Assembly: GCA_027593235.1 (NCBI GenBank)
Contig: JAQCIU010000005.1
Coordinates: 32,001-96,000 of the forward strand
DNA: 64,000 nt
From: Chloroflexota bacterium
GTDB taxonomy: Bacteria > Chloroflexota > Dehalococcoidia > UBA2979
Reading direction: 5' to 3'
The notes beneath the pieces were generated by a model. That model was given only the letters and a program-made list of their open reading frames with translations, was not told the origin of the DNA and ran no database searches. Below are positions 1 through 12,672 of the stretch, piece by piece (within the stretch, counting starts at the first letter, position 1; each line of letters opens with the position of its first letter). A program made the translations under genes and the position numbers.

Positions 1-2
1 AT

Positions 3-488
3 CGCGGGGCCGCCGAGGAGCGCGACACAGTCCGGGACCGCCCCGAACGTGCCATCGAGGATCTGCGCGATCGCTTTCGGGTTGCCCGGGAGGTTGAGGA
101 TCAACGCCTGCCCGCGGGTGACCCCGACCTGCCTCGACAGCGCCGCGGTGAGCACGAAGTGAAACGAGACGGCGCGCATCAGCTCGCCGAAGCCGGGCAG
201 GACGCGGTCCGCGATTGCCAGGGTCGCCTCGGGAGTGACGTCGCGCGGCGCGGGGCCGGTGCCGCCGGTGGTCAGCACGAGCTGGCAGCCCTCGTCGTCG
301 ACCAGGGCGCGCAGGCCGGCCTCGATCAGCTGCTGCTCGTCGGGAACCATGCGCGCAACGGCGTCCCACGGCGAGGCGATTGCGGCGGTCAGCCACTCCT
401 GGATTGCGGGGCCACCGCGATCCTCGTACTCGCCCGCACTGGCACGATCCGAAACCGTCAGGACGCCAACACGAAGTGGGGTATTCAC
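3..488 (-). CDS. mog: Molybdopterin adenylyltransferase MogA (runs off the window's left edge)
   Basis: Not in the ORF track; manual translation from GTG 488: MNTPLRVGVLTVSDRASAGEYEDRGGPAI...LVLTTGGTGPAPRDVTPEA...INLPGNPKA, the MogA/MoaB signature motifs. Confidence 0.92.
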   Translation of the reverse strand, partial: MNTPLRVGVLTVSDRASAGEYEDRGGPAIQEWLTAAIASPWDAVARMVPDEQQLIEAGLRALVDDEGCQLVLTTGGTGPAPRDVTPEATLAIADRVLPGFGELMRAVSFHFVLTAALSRQVGVTRGQALILNLPGNPKAIAQILDGTFGAVPDCVALLGGPA

Positions 489-562
489 GCACCAATCTTA
501 CAGGCGACGTCACGCGTCCACGGGCTATCCTGAAGGGGCCAGATTCGCGGAAGGAGGATGCA

Positions 563-1627
563 ATGGATCGAGCCGAACGGCTCCAGGCGCTACATGAAGC
601 ACTGCGCCAGCGCATCCTCGTGATCGACGGATCCTGGGGCGCGCTGCTCCAGTCCAAGGGCCTTGAGGAGCCGGACTATCGCGGCGAGCGCTTCGCCGAT
701 CACCCGCTGTCGTTGAAGAACGACGTGGATGTCCTCAACATCACGAACCAGGACATCGTCCGCGAGGTCCACGACGCGTACTTCGACGCCGGCGCTGACA
801 TCGGCACCACCAACACCTTCACCTCGACGTCCGTGACGCAGGAAGACTTCGGTCTGCAGGGCGACTGCTACGAGCTGAACCTCGCCGGTGCGCGGCTCGC
901 CCGCGAGCGGGCCGATGCCTGGACCGAGCGCAACCCGGACAAGCCGCGCTGGGTCGCCGGATCGATGGGCCCGACCAACAAGACCTCCTCCGTCGCGATC
1001 GAGGTGTCCAACCCGGCGATCCGCGCAATCGACTTCGACCCGCTGAAGGACGCCTACCTCGAGGCCGCGCGCGGCCTCGTCGATGGTGGCGCGGACATCC
1101 TGCTGATCGAGACGGTCTACGACACGCTCAACGCCAAGGCCGCGGTCGTCGCCGTCGAAGAACTGCGCGCGGAGACCGGCCTCGAACTGCCGATCATCGT
1201 CTCCTGGACCGCCACCGACCTCTCCGGCCGCAACCTCTCCGGGCAAACCGTCGAGGCGTTCTGGAACTCGGTCCGCCACGCGCACCCGCTGGCGATCGGC
1301 CTCAACTGTGCCTTCGGCGCGGAGGAACTGCGCCCGAGCGTCGTCGAGCTGTCGCGCGTCGCCGATGCGCCGATCGCCGCCTACCCGAACGCGGGGTTGC
1401 CGAACGACCTCGGCGAGTTCGACGAGACCCCGGAGATCACGGCCCGCCACATCGGCGAGTGGGTAGAGTCCGGCCTCGTCAACATCGTCGGCGGCTGCTG
1501 CGGCACCACGCCGGAGCACATCCGCCAGATCGCCGCGGCTGCGAGCGGACACGCCCCGCGCCCGATCCCGACGCGAGAGCGGCGGATGCGCCTCGCTGGT
1601 ATCGATCCCTTCGAGGTCGTTTCTTGA
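563..1627 (+). CDS. metH: Cobalamin-dependent methionine synthase, N-terminal homocysteine-binding module (split MetH part 1)
   Basis: [22 protein letters not shown] and [11 protein letters not shown] Zn-ligand motifs; RBS AAGGAGG at 551-557. Confidence 0.93.
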   Translation: MDRAERLQALHEALRQRILVIDGSWGALLQSKGLEEPDYRGERFADHPLSLKNDVDVLNITNQDIVREVHDAYFDAGADIGTTNTFTSTSVTQEDFGLQGDCYELNLAGARLARERADAWTERNPDKPRWVAGSMGPTNKTSSVAIEVSNPAIRAIDFDPLKDAYLEAARGLVDGGADILLIETVYDTLNAKAAVVAVEELRAETGLELPIIVSWTATDLSGRNLSGQTVEAFWNSVRHAHPLAIGLNCAFGAEELRPSVVELSRVADAPIAAYPNAGLPNDLGEFDETPEITARHIGEWVESGLVNIVGGCCGTTPEHIRQIAAAASGHAPRPIPTRERRMRLAGIDPFEVVS

Positions 1628-1644
1628 CGGGCGAGCGGACGGAC

Positions 1645-4340
<2,696 letters not shown>

Positions 4341-4344
<4 letters not shown>

Positions 4345-5204
4345 GGGTCCGGTGTGAGGCCGAGCGCCTCGAACAGCTCGCTCGTCGCCATCCAACGGTT
4401 CATCGGATAGAAGTGGATCCCCGGCGCGCCGGCGGCGAGCAGCTCGCGCGCGAGGTTGGCGGCGTACTCGACGCCGATCGCGCGGCCCTCGTCGGGCGTC
4501 GAGGCGCCCTCGAGGCGTGCGGCCAGCGCGTCCGGGAAGGTGCCGCCCGCCATCTCCACCATGCGGCGGGTTTGGTCCGGGTTGGTGACCGGGATGACGC
4601 CGGGGATCACCGGCGTGTTCACACCACGGACGGCCATGTCCTCCATGAAGTCGACGTAGTGCCTGGTCTCGAAGAAGAACTGGGTCATCGCGAAGTCCGC
4701 GACCTTCAGCTTCGCCGCCTGGTGATCGCGATCGCTCGCGACGTCGGGCGCCATCGGGTGTCCCTCGACGTGCGCGGCGACGCCGATCGAGAAGCCGGTG
4801 AGTGCGCGGATGAACCCGACCAGCTCGACGGCGTAGCGAAAGTCGCCCTGCGGCAGCACGCGCCCATCAGTCGGTGGGTCGCCATGCAGCGCGAGCAGAT
4901 CGGTAACGCCGTCGGCGTCGTAGACGCGGAGCAGTTGTTCGATCTCGTTCTTCTTGTGACCGATGCAGGTGAGGTGGGGGAGCACCTGCGCGCCGTATCG
5001 CTTCCGCAGATCGTGGACGACCTCGCCCGTCCGATCGCGGCTCGTTCCACCGGCTCCATAGGTCACCGAGACGAACGAGGGCTGAAGCAGCATCAACCGA
5101 TCGAGGGTGCGCGCGAGTTGCCGGTCACCCTGCTCGGTGCGCGGTGGATAGAACTCGAAGGAGTAGGTGGGTCCAGCTGCGAGCAGCTCGGGGATCGTCG
5201 GCAC
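4341..5204 (-). CDS. metF: 5,10-methylenetetrahydrofolate reductase
   Basis: [33 protein letters not shown]; RBS AGGAG upstream; 4-bp convergent stop overlap with metH. Confidence 0.92.
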
Positions 5205-5226
5205 GTCACGGCTCCTGATTGCGTGG

Positions 5227-5267
5227 GTCAGGGTAGCGTCTGCGCCGGCGGACTCGCGCACCCTGAC
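5227..5267. promoter_or_regulatory. GC-rich hairpin between the phosphoesterase gene and metF (terminator or cis-regulatory leader)
   Basis: GTCAGGGT (5227-5234) / ACCCTGAC (5260-5267) arms with an inner GTCTGC/GCGGAC stem; no U tract. Confidence 0.4.
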
Positions 5268-5281
5268 AAGAGGACTGTCGG

Positions 5282-5797
5282 CTACTCCCCGGGAGCGAAC
5301 ACCTCGAACTCGACCGCCAGCTCCCCACCGTTGATCCGCAACCAGGCGACCGTGCCCGGGACCATGAACGATGGATACCCCTGTCCGCCGTTCACGAACC
5401 GCACGCCCTCGACGGTTTCGTCGACCATCTCGTGCAGATGGCCGTAGCAGATCACGTCCAGCCGACCGAAGTCGTCAACGGGAAAGTCAGGAAGAAGTCG
5501 TGCTGGTGGGAACTCTTCACGCCCCCAGGCGGGGTGTGTGACGCCGATCCGTAGATCGCCCACCTCGAGGACATCGCGATACGGCAGCGCCGTGCGCACC
5601 TCGACGGGATCGGAGTTGCCGTGCACCACCGTCGAGGCGCGTGCTTCCGCCTGGAAGCCACGCACGGCATCGAGGTGGACCCAATCACCGGCGTGGATGG
5701 CGTGATCGGCGGAGGCGACGGCGCGTCGCAATTCTGGATGCGCCTGGTCCCAGTGACGGATGTGGGTATCGCCAACCAGCAGCACGTTCGTTGTCAC
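5282..5797 (-). CDS. Metallophosphoesterase, YfcE/Vps29-like
   Basis: GDTH, HAGD, GNSD, GHLH calcineurin-like motifs; overlaps the pyrC stop. Confidence 0.85.
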   Translation of the reverse strand: MTTNVLLVGDTHIRHWDQAHPELRRAVASADHAIHAGDWVHLDAVRGFQAEARASTVVHGNSDPVEVRTALPYRDVLEVGDLRIGVTHPAWGREEFPPARLLPDFPVDDFGRLDVICYGHLHEMVDETVEGVRFVNGGQGYPSFMVPGTVAWLRINGGELAVEFEVFAPGE

Positions 5798-7149
5798 CCG
5801 AGGTCGCCCCCGCGATCGCGAATGTCGTGCACCACCTCACCACCGACGATCGTCGCGACGGCGCGACCGACCACCTGCTCGCCGAGCAGCGGCGTGTTGT
5901 GGCTCTTCGAGCGGAGGGTGTCGACGCTCACGACCCACTGCGCGCTCGGGTCTATCAGCACCACGTCGCCGGGGGCGCCGACTCCAAGCGTCCCGAGGCC
6001 GGGCAGGCCGAGCTGTGCGTCGAGCCGCCACGCGCGGACGGGGCCGAGCGTCAGCCGCTCGATCGCCGCGCCGAGGCTGATGTAGCCGTTGTCGACGAGG
6101 CTCATCACGAACGGGATCGCGGTCTCGAGTCCGATCATCCCCGGAGGCGCCTCGATCAGACCGCGCGCCTTCTCGTCAGGCTGGTGCGGCGCGTGATCGG
6201 TCGCGATCGCGTCGATGGTGCCATCGGCGAGCGCGGCGACGCAGGCGGCGACATCGTGCTCCTCGCGGAGCGGCGGGTTGCACTTCGCGTCCGTGTTGTA
6301 CTGCTCGCCGGCCAGCGCGTGGAGTAGCGCGTGCTGCGTCAGCACCAGGTGGTGTGGGGTCACCTCGGCGGTGACGGGGACCCCGCGCTCCTTCGCGTCG
6401 CGAATCAGCGCGACCGCGCCCGCGGTGCTCACGTGCTGGATGTGTGCCTGGCCGCCGGTCAGCGCCGCGAGCGCGAGATCGCGCGCGACCGCTGCGTCCT
6501 CGCTGCTCGAAGGACTCCCTGGTACCCCGAGCTGCCGCGCGACCGCCCCGAGGTGCGCGACTCCGCTGTTGGTGAGCTGCGGCAACTCGCAGTGCTGGGA
6601 AATCGGCAGTCCGAGGACCGCCGCGCGCTCGTAGCCGGTGCGCATCAGCTCGGTGTTCACGACGAAGTCACCGTCATCGCTGAACGCCACGGCGCCAGCC
6701 TCGGCAAGTTCGTTCAGCGGGGCGAGATCGCGGCCCTCGCGATCGCGGGTAATCGTGCCGGCGGTGAGGACGCGCACGACGCCCTCCTCGGCAGCCCGTT
6801 TGACCGCGTCCTCGACGCGCTTGCGACGGTCGAACGGCGGATCGGTGTTCGGCATCTGCACGATCGTCGTGAATCCGCCGGCGGCGGCAGCCGCCGTGCC
6901 GGACTCGATCGTCTCCTTGTGCGATTGCCCCGGGGTGCGGAGGTGCACGTGCAGATCGACGAACCCGGGACTGACGATCAGGCCCGTAGCGTCGATCCGC
7001 TCGGCCTGCGGCGCGCTCGCGGCGGCGCCGCGTCCGACCTGCGTTACGCGTCCGCCCTCGATAACGATGTCGGCCACCTCGTCGCGGCCCGAAGCCGGGT
7101 CGACAACGCGGCCACCGATGATGGCGATAGGGAGGCGTGGATCAGGCAT
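5794..7149 (-). CDS. pyrC: Dihydroorotase (multifunctional-complex type)
   Basis: PGFVDLHVHLRTPG, AAAAGGFTT, MPNT, EVTPHHL, KCNPPLR, IATDHAPH. Confidence 0.92.
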   Translation of the reverse strand: MPDPRLPIAIIGGRVVDPASGRDEVADIVIEGGRVTQVGRGAAASAPQAERIDATGLIVSPGFVDLHVHLRTPGQSHKETIESGTAAAAAGGFTTIVQMPNTDPPFDRRKRVEDAVKRAAEEGVVRVLTAGTITRDREGRDLAPLNELAEAGAVAFSDDGDFVVNTELMRTGYERAAVLGLPISQHCELPQLTNSGVAHLGAVARQLGVPGSPSSSEDAAVARDLALAALTGGQAHIQHVSTAGAVALIRDAKERGVPVTAEVTPHHLVLTQHALLHALAGEQYNTDAKCNPPLREEHDVAACVAALADGTIDAIATDHAPHQPDEKARGLIEAPPGMIGLETAIPFVMSLVDNGYISLGAAIERLTLGPVRAWRLDAQLGLPGLGTLGVGAPGDVVLIDPSAQWVVSVDTLRSKSHNTPLLGEQVVGRAVATIVGGEVVHDIRDRGGDLG

Positions 7150-7239
7150 TCGTTCGTTTGTACACGGGGCTCCCGTACGACGCGAGTCACCCGCGCCCAA
7201 CGTCCGTGGTAGCCGCCCGTGCGCGCCTACACTGGAACC

Positions 7240-8037
7240 ATGCCAGACACCGCGACGCATCGCCCAAACGACCCGGAGGCAGCACGCGGACGCGCCGATC
7301 TCCAGGTCCACACCGCCCACGGCGACGCGATGGGCAGCGCGCTCGACATCCTCGAGGCCGTCGAGCGCGGCAACCTGCTCGAGGTGCTTGCGATCACCGA
7401 TCACGACGATATCGAGGGTGCGCTGCTCGCCCGTGAGCTGCACGCGCAGGGCAGCTACGGTTTCGAGCTGGTGACCGGCATCGAGGTCACGACGCGCCAA
7501 GGACACCTGCTCGCGCTCTGGGTTGACGAGCCGGTGCGCTCCTTCCGCTCGCTCGAGGAAACCGTTGCGCAGATTCACCGGCTCGGCGGGCTCGCCGTGC
7601 TTCCGCACCCGTTCTCGATGCTCACCCGCTCGATCGGACGGCGACGGCTCGAACGGAACCTCTCGATCGACGATGACGCGGTACATCCGGACGGCATCGA
7701 ACTCGCGAACCCGACCTCGTTTGGTTGGGACACGCGACACGCGCGCCAACGTAACGACCGCCACTGGCAGCTCGCCGTCACCGGCGGTTCGGATGCGCAT
7801 TTCACCGAGCTGATCGGCTCCGCGCACACCTCATTCCCCGGCCGCACGGCCGCCGATCTGCGCGCCGCGATCGAGGCGCAAACGACCGAGGGTCACCTCG
7901 GTCGCAAGGTGCCGCTCCGCGAGATCGGGCTCCGCCAGCTCGCTCGCCAGCAGGTCCGGGGCTTGAGCGTCACCCCTCGGAAAGTGCTCGGCCCGAAGGT
8001 GCACCGTCTCGCCGGGCAGGTACGCCGCCGGAATTGA
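7240..8037 (+). CDS. PHP-domain phosphoesterase
   Basis: DLQVHT, AITDHD, GIEV, PHP, GGSDAH motifs. Confidence 0.85.
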   Translation: MPDTATHRPNDPEAARGRADLQVHTAHGDAMGSALDILEAVERGNLLEVLAITDHDDIEGALLARELHAQGSYGFELVTGIEVTTRQGHLLALWVDEPVRSFRSLEETVAQIHRLGGLAVLPHPFSMLTRSIGRRRLERNLSIDDDAVHPDGIELANPTSFGWDTRHARQRNDRHWQLAVTGGSDAHFTELIGSAHTSFPGRTAADLRAAIEAQTTEGHLGRKVPLREIGLRQLARQQVRGLSVTPRKVLGPKVHRLAGQVRRRN

Positions 8038-8047
8038 GGAGGACCGC

Positions 8048-8278
8048 GTGCACCCAATCGAAAACGAGACGCTGGTGCGCGACCTGATCGCCTGGGTCGC
8101 CGAGCGGCCCCGCCCCTACATCGAGGTCATCGACGCGTGGCACACCCATTGCCCGCGACTCCCGATCTGGGAGGACGCGCTCGAGCATCGGTTCGTCGTC
8201 CGGGAACGCGGTCCCGAGGGCGACCTCGTCGTCCGGGCTTCGGCCGCCGGAATCCAGTACCTGAGAGCGGACAGGTAA
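8048..8278 (+). CDS. Small conserved hypothetical protein (WxTxCPRLPIWEDA motif)
   Basis: Strong RBS GAGGAGG just upstream; compact non-shadow composition. Confidence 0.7.
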   Translation: MHPIENETLVRDLIAWVAERPRPYIEVIDAWHTHCPRLPIWEDALEHRFVVRERGPEGDLVVRASAAGIQYLRADR

Positions 8279-8689
8279 GTGACCAGGTCAATGATCGAGC
8301 TCGTGGTCGACGGCCTCCCGCCGGCCAAGAGCGAGGCAACATCGATCTTCGGACCGACGCATCCCCACCGTGAGCGGGTAGTCGCGCTGTTGTCGCGGAC
8401 TGAAGAGGTGCTAGCCCGGTCGGACTGGCAGATGGCGGAGTCACGCCCGATCGGACTCGAGCTGATCCTGTCCCTTCCCTCTGAGGGTGGGACAGGCTCG
8501 GACGCGACCAACTACCTCGGGGGCGTTGCAGACACCCTGCAGGCACAACGCATCAACGCGGCGACCGAACACCTCGGCCATCTCGCCGATGTCGCGCTGT
8601 ACGCAGACGATCGCCAGATCGTCGAAGTGCACTTCCGTCGAGCGGAGGGCGCCCGAGCTACCTACACAGTCAGGGTTTGGGTCGTCTGA
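8279..8689 (+). CDS. RusA-like (crossover junction endonuclease superfamily) protein, divergent
   Basis: GLPPAK N-terminus, DATNYLGGVADTL and YADDRQIV resemble the RusA DxDNxxKxxxDxL...DDxxV pattern. Confidence 0.55.
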   Translation: MTRSMIELVVDGLPPAKSEATSIFGPTHPHRERVVALLSRTEEVLARSDWQMAESRPIGLELILSLPSEGGTGSDATNYLGGVADTLQAQRINAATEHLGHLADVALYADDRQIVEVHFRRAEGARATYTVRVWVV

Positions 8690-8698
8690 GCATGTTCG

Positions 8699-9910
8699 CT
8701 ACCCCCTTGGCAGCCCCAACCCGCGCGTCGCGATGATGTTGCGCTGCACCTCGGACGTGCCGCCGCGGATCGTGGCGGGCACGGCCGCGAGGTACGCGCG
8801 GGCGAAGTCGCCGGCCGGCGTCGTCTCGTCACCGAGGTTTGAGTAGAGGCCGAACACGCGCGTCCCGGTCAGCGCGAGGCGCTGCACCAGCTCCGAATTG
8901 AAGAGCTTGGCGGTGGACGCCTCGTGGTTCGGGATCAGCCCGGCCTGCTGCATCGAGACAATCCGGAACGAGTGTTGGAACATCACCTCGGTCTCGATCC
9001 AGCGGTCCGCCAGCGCGCCACGGCGCGACTCCGCGCCGAGCTGTCGCATCGCCGGCGCTGCTCCCGAGGTGGCGTGGCCAATCAGCGCGCGCAGCGTCCG
9101 ACGCGCGCCGACCGCGCCACCGATGTTGGAACGCTCGAAGTCGAGCAGCGTCATCCCGACGTACCAGCCGCGGTTCTCCTCGCCGACGAGGTTCGTCGCG
9201 GGGACACGCACATCCTCGAAGAAGGTCTCGTTGAAGTAGAGCTTGTCGTTCATGTTCACGAGCGGACGGACGTTGATGCCGGGCGCGTGGATGTCATCGA
9301 TCAGCAGGAACGAGATACCGCGGTGCTTCGGCGCTTCGGGGTCCGTGCGTGTGAGCGCGAAGATCGCGTCAGCGGCATGCGCGCCGGAGGTCCAGATCTT
9401 CTGGCCGTTCACGATGTACTCATCGCCATCACGCACCGCGCGGGTCTGCACCCCCGCGAGGTCAGAGCCGGCGCCGGGCTCGGAGTAGCCCTGCGCCCAG
9501 ACGCGCTCGCCCGCGAGGATCGGCGGGAGGTACTTCTTTCGCTGCTCCTCCGTGCCATGCACGATTAAGGTCGGGCCGAGCAGGCTGACGCCAGATCCGC
9601 CGACGGCGGGCGCGGCGGCCTCCGCCATCTCCTGGCGGAAGATGAACTGCTCCGCGACGGTCATCCCGCCGCCGCCGTACTCGGCGGGCCAGTGCGGGGC
9701 GACCCAGTGGCGCGCCGCGAGTGCGCCCGCCCATTCCGAGGCGGCCTGACGCGCCTCGGGATCGTCGGCCTTGCGATCGAACTCCCATTGCCGCTCGCCC
9801 TCGTGGGCGTGTTCGGCGAGCGCGCGGTAGCGCGCGGGCAGGTGTTCGGCGATCACCGCTCGCACTTGCGCGCGGAATGCGAGCTGGTCGGCGTTGTCAT
9901 TCCAGTCCAT
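8699..9910 (-). CDS. Acyl-CoA dehydrogenase family protein
   Basis: QGYSEPGAGSDLA, NGQKIWTS, TIRGGTSEVQRNIIA. Confidence 0.93.
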   Translation of the reverse strand: MDWNDNADQLAFRAQVRAVIAEHLPARYRALAEHAHEGERQWEFDRKADDPEARQAASEWAGALAARHWVAPHWPAEYGGGGMTVAEQFIFRQEMAEAAAPAVGGSGVSLLGPTLIVHGTEEQRKKYLPPILAGERVWAQGYSEPGAGSDLAGVQTRAVRDGDEYIVNGQKIWTSGAHAADAIFALTRTDPEAPKHRGISFLLIDDIHAPGINVRPLVNMNDKLYFNETFFEDVRVPATNLVGEENRGWYVGMTLLDFERSNIGGAVGARRTLRALIGHATSGAAPAMRQLGAESRRGALADRWIETEVMFQHSFRIVSMQQAGLIPNHEASTAKLFNSELVQRLALTGTRVFGLYSNLGDETTPAGDFARAYLAAVPATIRGGTSEVQRNIIATRGLGLPRG

Positions 9911-9985
9911 CGGCTGCTCCGTACTATCCCGCAGCCTATGATGCGGCTTCGAACCGAGATTCTACGGCGGACGAAGCGAGGCGGC

Positions 9986-11320
9986 GTGACCGAAGGCGAA
10001 CCCTCCGAGGGCAATCAGGCATCCGAGGTGATCGAGCCCTCGGGGCCACTGGTCGGCATCCGCGTCCTTGAGTTCTCCCAGATTGTCGCCGGGCCATTCG
10101 CCGGCATCTACCTCTCCGACCTCGGCGCCGACGTCGTCAAGGTGGAGCCGCCCACCGGAGACGACCGCCGCAACACGCAGGCGATCGTCCCCAACGAGGG
10201 CAAGTACTTCCAGTCACTCAATCGCGGCAAGCGCGGCCTCGTGGTCGATCTGAAACAGCCGGCCGGTCGTGCGCTGATCCACCGCATCATCCCGACCTTC
10301 GACGTGGTGATCATCAACTACCGGCGCGGTGTCGCGGAGCGCCTGGGGATCGACTACGACACCCTCCGAGGATTCCGTCCCGATCTGATCCACGCCAACA
10401 TCACCGGCTTCGGCAGCGCCGGTCCCGAGGCCGATCGCGCCGGCTCCGATATCGTCGCGCAGGCCTACACCGGGATGATGGCGACCGAAGGCAAGACCGA
10501 GGAGAACGGCGCACCGCGCTTCATCCAGTCCGTGCCGTACGCCGACCGCGCGACCGCCCTCGCCGTGTCGATGGGAGTCTCCGCGGCGCTCTTCCACCGC
10601 GAGCGCACCGGCGAGGGCCAGCGCATCGACGCGTCGCTGCTCCAGACCGGCCTCGACCTGCTGTCGCGCCACGTGATGCGCGAGCCGGTCCACGATGTCG
10701 TGCTGCGCGACCCGATGCTCGAACGCATCGACGAACTGCGAGCGAACGGCAGTCCTTACAGCGACGCGTTGGCCGTGCGTGACGATCAATTCGCACGCTT
10801 CGCCACGCAACGCCTCTACTACCGCGGGTACCACACGAAGTCGGGCGCGGTCGTTCTCGGCTCGCTGACCCGCGCGAACCGCGCCGCCGTGCGGCGCATC
10901 CTCGACCTACAGGACCCGACCGATGACGCGGACTTCGATGCGAACGCGCCGGATTGGCCCGCCGAGTTCGAGGCGTGGCAGGAGCGAGTGCAACAGCGGA
11001 TGCTCGAGGAGACCGCGGTCGAGTGGGTGAGCCGCTTCGACGCGGCCGGCGTCCCCGCCTCGGTGGTCCACTTCGCCGAGGAGATGAGCGAGGATCCGCA
11101 GGTCGAGGCGATGGGGATGATGTCCGACCTCGTTCACCCGGTGACCGGACCGCAGCGCGTCGTCGGCCCGATCCTCCGCATGTCCGCGACGCCCCCGAGG
11201 GCGCACCGCCACGCGCCGGTCTTCGGCGCCGACACCCGCGACGTGTTGCGGGAGGCGGGTTTGGACGAGGCGGAGATCGCGGACCTCGAGGCGAGCGGCG
11301 CCGTGGTCGCGCGCGACTAG
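9986..11320 (+). CDS. Class III CoA-transferase (CaiB/BaiF family)
   Basis: GPLVGIRVLEFSQIVAGP, LGADVVKVEPP, NRGKR; start approximate. Confidence 0.9.
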   Translation: MTEGEPSEGNQASEVIEPSGPLVGIRVLEFSQIVAGPFAGIYLSDLGADVVKVEPPTGDDRRNTQAIVPNEGKYFQSLNRGKRGLVVDLKQPAGRALIHRIIPTFDVVIINYRRGVAERLGIDYDTLRGFRPDLIHANITGFGSAGPEADRAGSDIVAQAYTGMMATEGKTEENGAPRFIQSVPYADRATALAVSMGVSAALFHRERTGEGQRIDASLLQTGLDLLSRHVMREPVHDVVLRDPMLERIDELRANGSPYSDALAVRDDQFARFATQRLYYRGYHTKSGAVVLGSLTRANRAAVRRILDLQDPTDDADFDANAPDWPAEFEAWQERVQQRMLEETAVEWVSRFDAAGVPASVVHFAEEMSEDPQVEAMGMMSDLVHPVTGPQRVVGPILRMSATPPRAHRHAPVFGADTRDVLREAGLDEAEIADLEASGAVVARD

Positions 11321-11396
11321 CCGGCTACTCGCGCGCGACGCGCTGTGCTCCACTGGTTGGCGTCTTTTCAGGCAGACAGGTAGACGAAAGCAGGCC

Positions 11397-12632
11397 GTGA
11401 TGGTCGACGATGTACGGCCGATCAGCGAGGACGAGTACGATCGCTGGGACCTCGTGCCGTTCGCAGCGTTTGGGAACATCCCCGAACCGGAACGGATCGC
11501 GATCTGGCGCGCGCGGATGCCGATCGAGCGGACCCTGGTCGCCATCGATGACGGCGACTTCGTCGGGACGACGGCCGTCCTCAACATGGAAATGCGCGTC
11601 CCGGGCGGCGCGATGCTCCCCACCGCCGCCGTGACGGCGGTCGCCGTGCTCCCAACGCACCGGCGACGCGGCGTGCTCACGGCGATGATGCGCAAGCAGC
11701 TCAACGACGTGCACGAACGTGGCGAACCGCTGGCCGCGCTCTGGGCGTCCGAGAGCCTGATCTACCAGCGATTCGGTTACGGCCTCGCGATTCCTGGCGA
11801 GGACTGGGAGATCGAACGCGTCCGCGCGTCATTCGCGCGACCGCCACGCGAAGAGAGCAACGGTCGCGTGCGTCTGGTCCAGCGCCAGGAGGCGCTGCTT
11901 CGCGTGCCCGCGATCCACGAGCGAACCGTCGAAGCGTTCCACGGAATCCTGGGACATGATCGCGACCGCTGGCGATCCATCTTCGGCGACGGCCCGTGGG
12001 TCGAACTGAACCAGAAGGAACTGCCATTCACCGCGATCTTCGAACGTGACGGGGTCGACGAGGGATTCGTGACCTATCACCTCGATGGGTTCGATCGGCC
12101 GCCGGGTCCGCGCGCGCTCGACGTCAAGGAGCTGAACGCCGCAACACCCGAGGCGCACGAAGCGCTCTGGCGCTACATCTTCAGCGTCGACCTCGTCGAC
12201 GTGATCCGCGTGACGCGGCGGGCGATCGACGATCCGTTGCCGTGGATGTTGCTCGATCCTCGGCGGTTGAAGCGCAGCACGCGCGACCTGATCTGGCTGC
12301 GCCTCGTGGACGTGCACGCGGCACTCGGCGCCCGCAGTTACTCGGTGCCGGGTCGCGTCACCATCGAGGTGGTCGATGAATTCTGTCCGTGGAACGATGG
12401 GCGTTACGTGCTGGAGGCCGGCACCGATGGCACCGCGACCTGCGTCCGCAGCGATGCGACGCCGGAGCTAACGCTCTCCGCGGAGACGCTTGCCGCCGCT
12501 TACCTCGGCGCGACGTCGTTACTCGTGATGCGCGATGCGGGCCGCATCGAGGAGCACGTCGAGGGCGCGACCGCGCGGGCGGCGGCGATGTTCCGCACCG
12601 CGCGCGCGCCGTGGAACCCGGTCGACTTCTAA
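11397..12632 (+). CDS. Eis-family GNAT acetyltransferase
   Basis: VTAVAVLPTHRRRGVLT, LWASESLIYQRFGYG, SCP2-like C-domain ending in F. Confidence 0.9.
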   Translation: MMVDDVRPISEDEYDRWDLVPFAAFGNIPEPERIAIWRARMPIERTLVAIDDGDFVGTTAVLNMEMRVPGGAMLPTAAVTAVAVLPTHRRRGVLTAMMRKQLNDVHERGEPLAALWASESLIYQRFGYGLAIPGEDWEIERVRASFARPPREESNGRVRLVQRQEALLRVPAIHERTVEAFHGILGHDRDRWRSIFGDGPWVELNQKELPFTAIFERDGVDEGFVTYHLDGFDRPPGPRALDVKELNAATPEAHEALWRYIFSVDLVDVIRVTRRAIDDPLPWMLLDPRRLKRSTRDLIWLRLVDVHAALGARSYSVPGRVTIEVVDEFCPWNDGRYVLEAGTDGTATCVRSDATPELTLSAETLAAAYLGATSLLVMRDAGRIEEHVEGATARAAAMFRTARAPWNPVDF

Positions 12633-12672
12633 GGGAACGATCTCTAGCGGGACGATCGAGGGCTGGCTGTGC

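Noticed and set aside
489-562. Cobalamin or SAM riboswitch upstream of metH
   Set aside because: The 74-nt spacer holds divergent -10 elements and an RBS; too short and lacks the conserved cores
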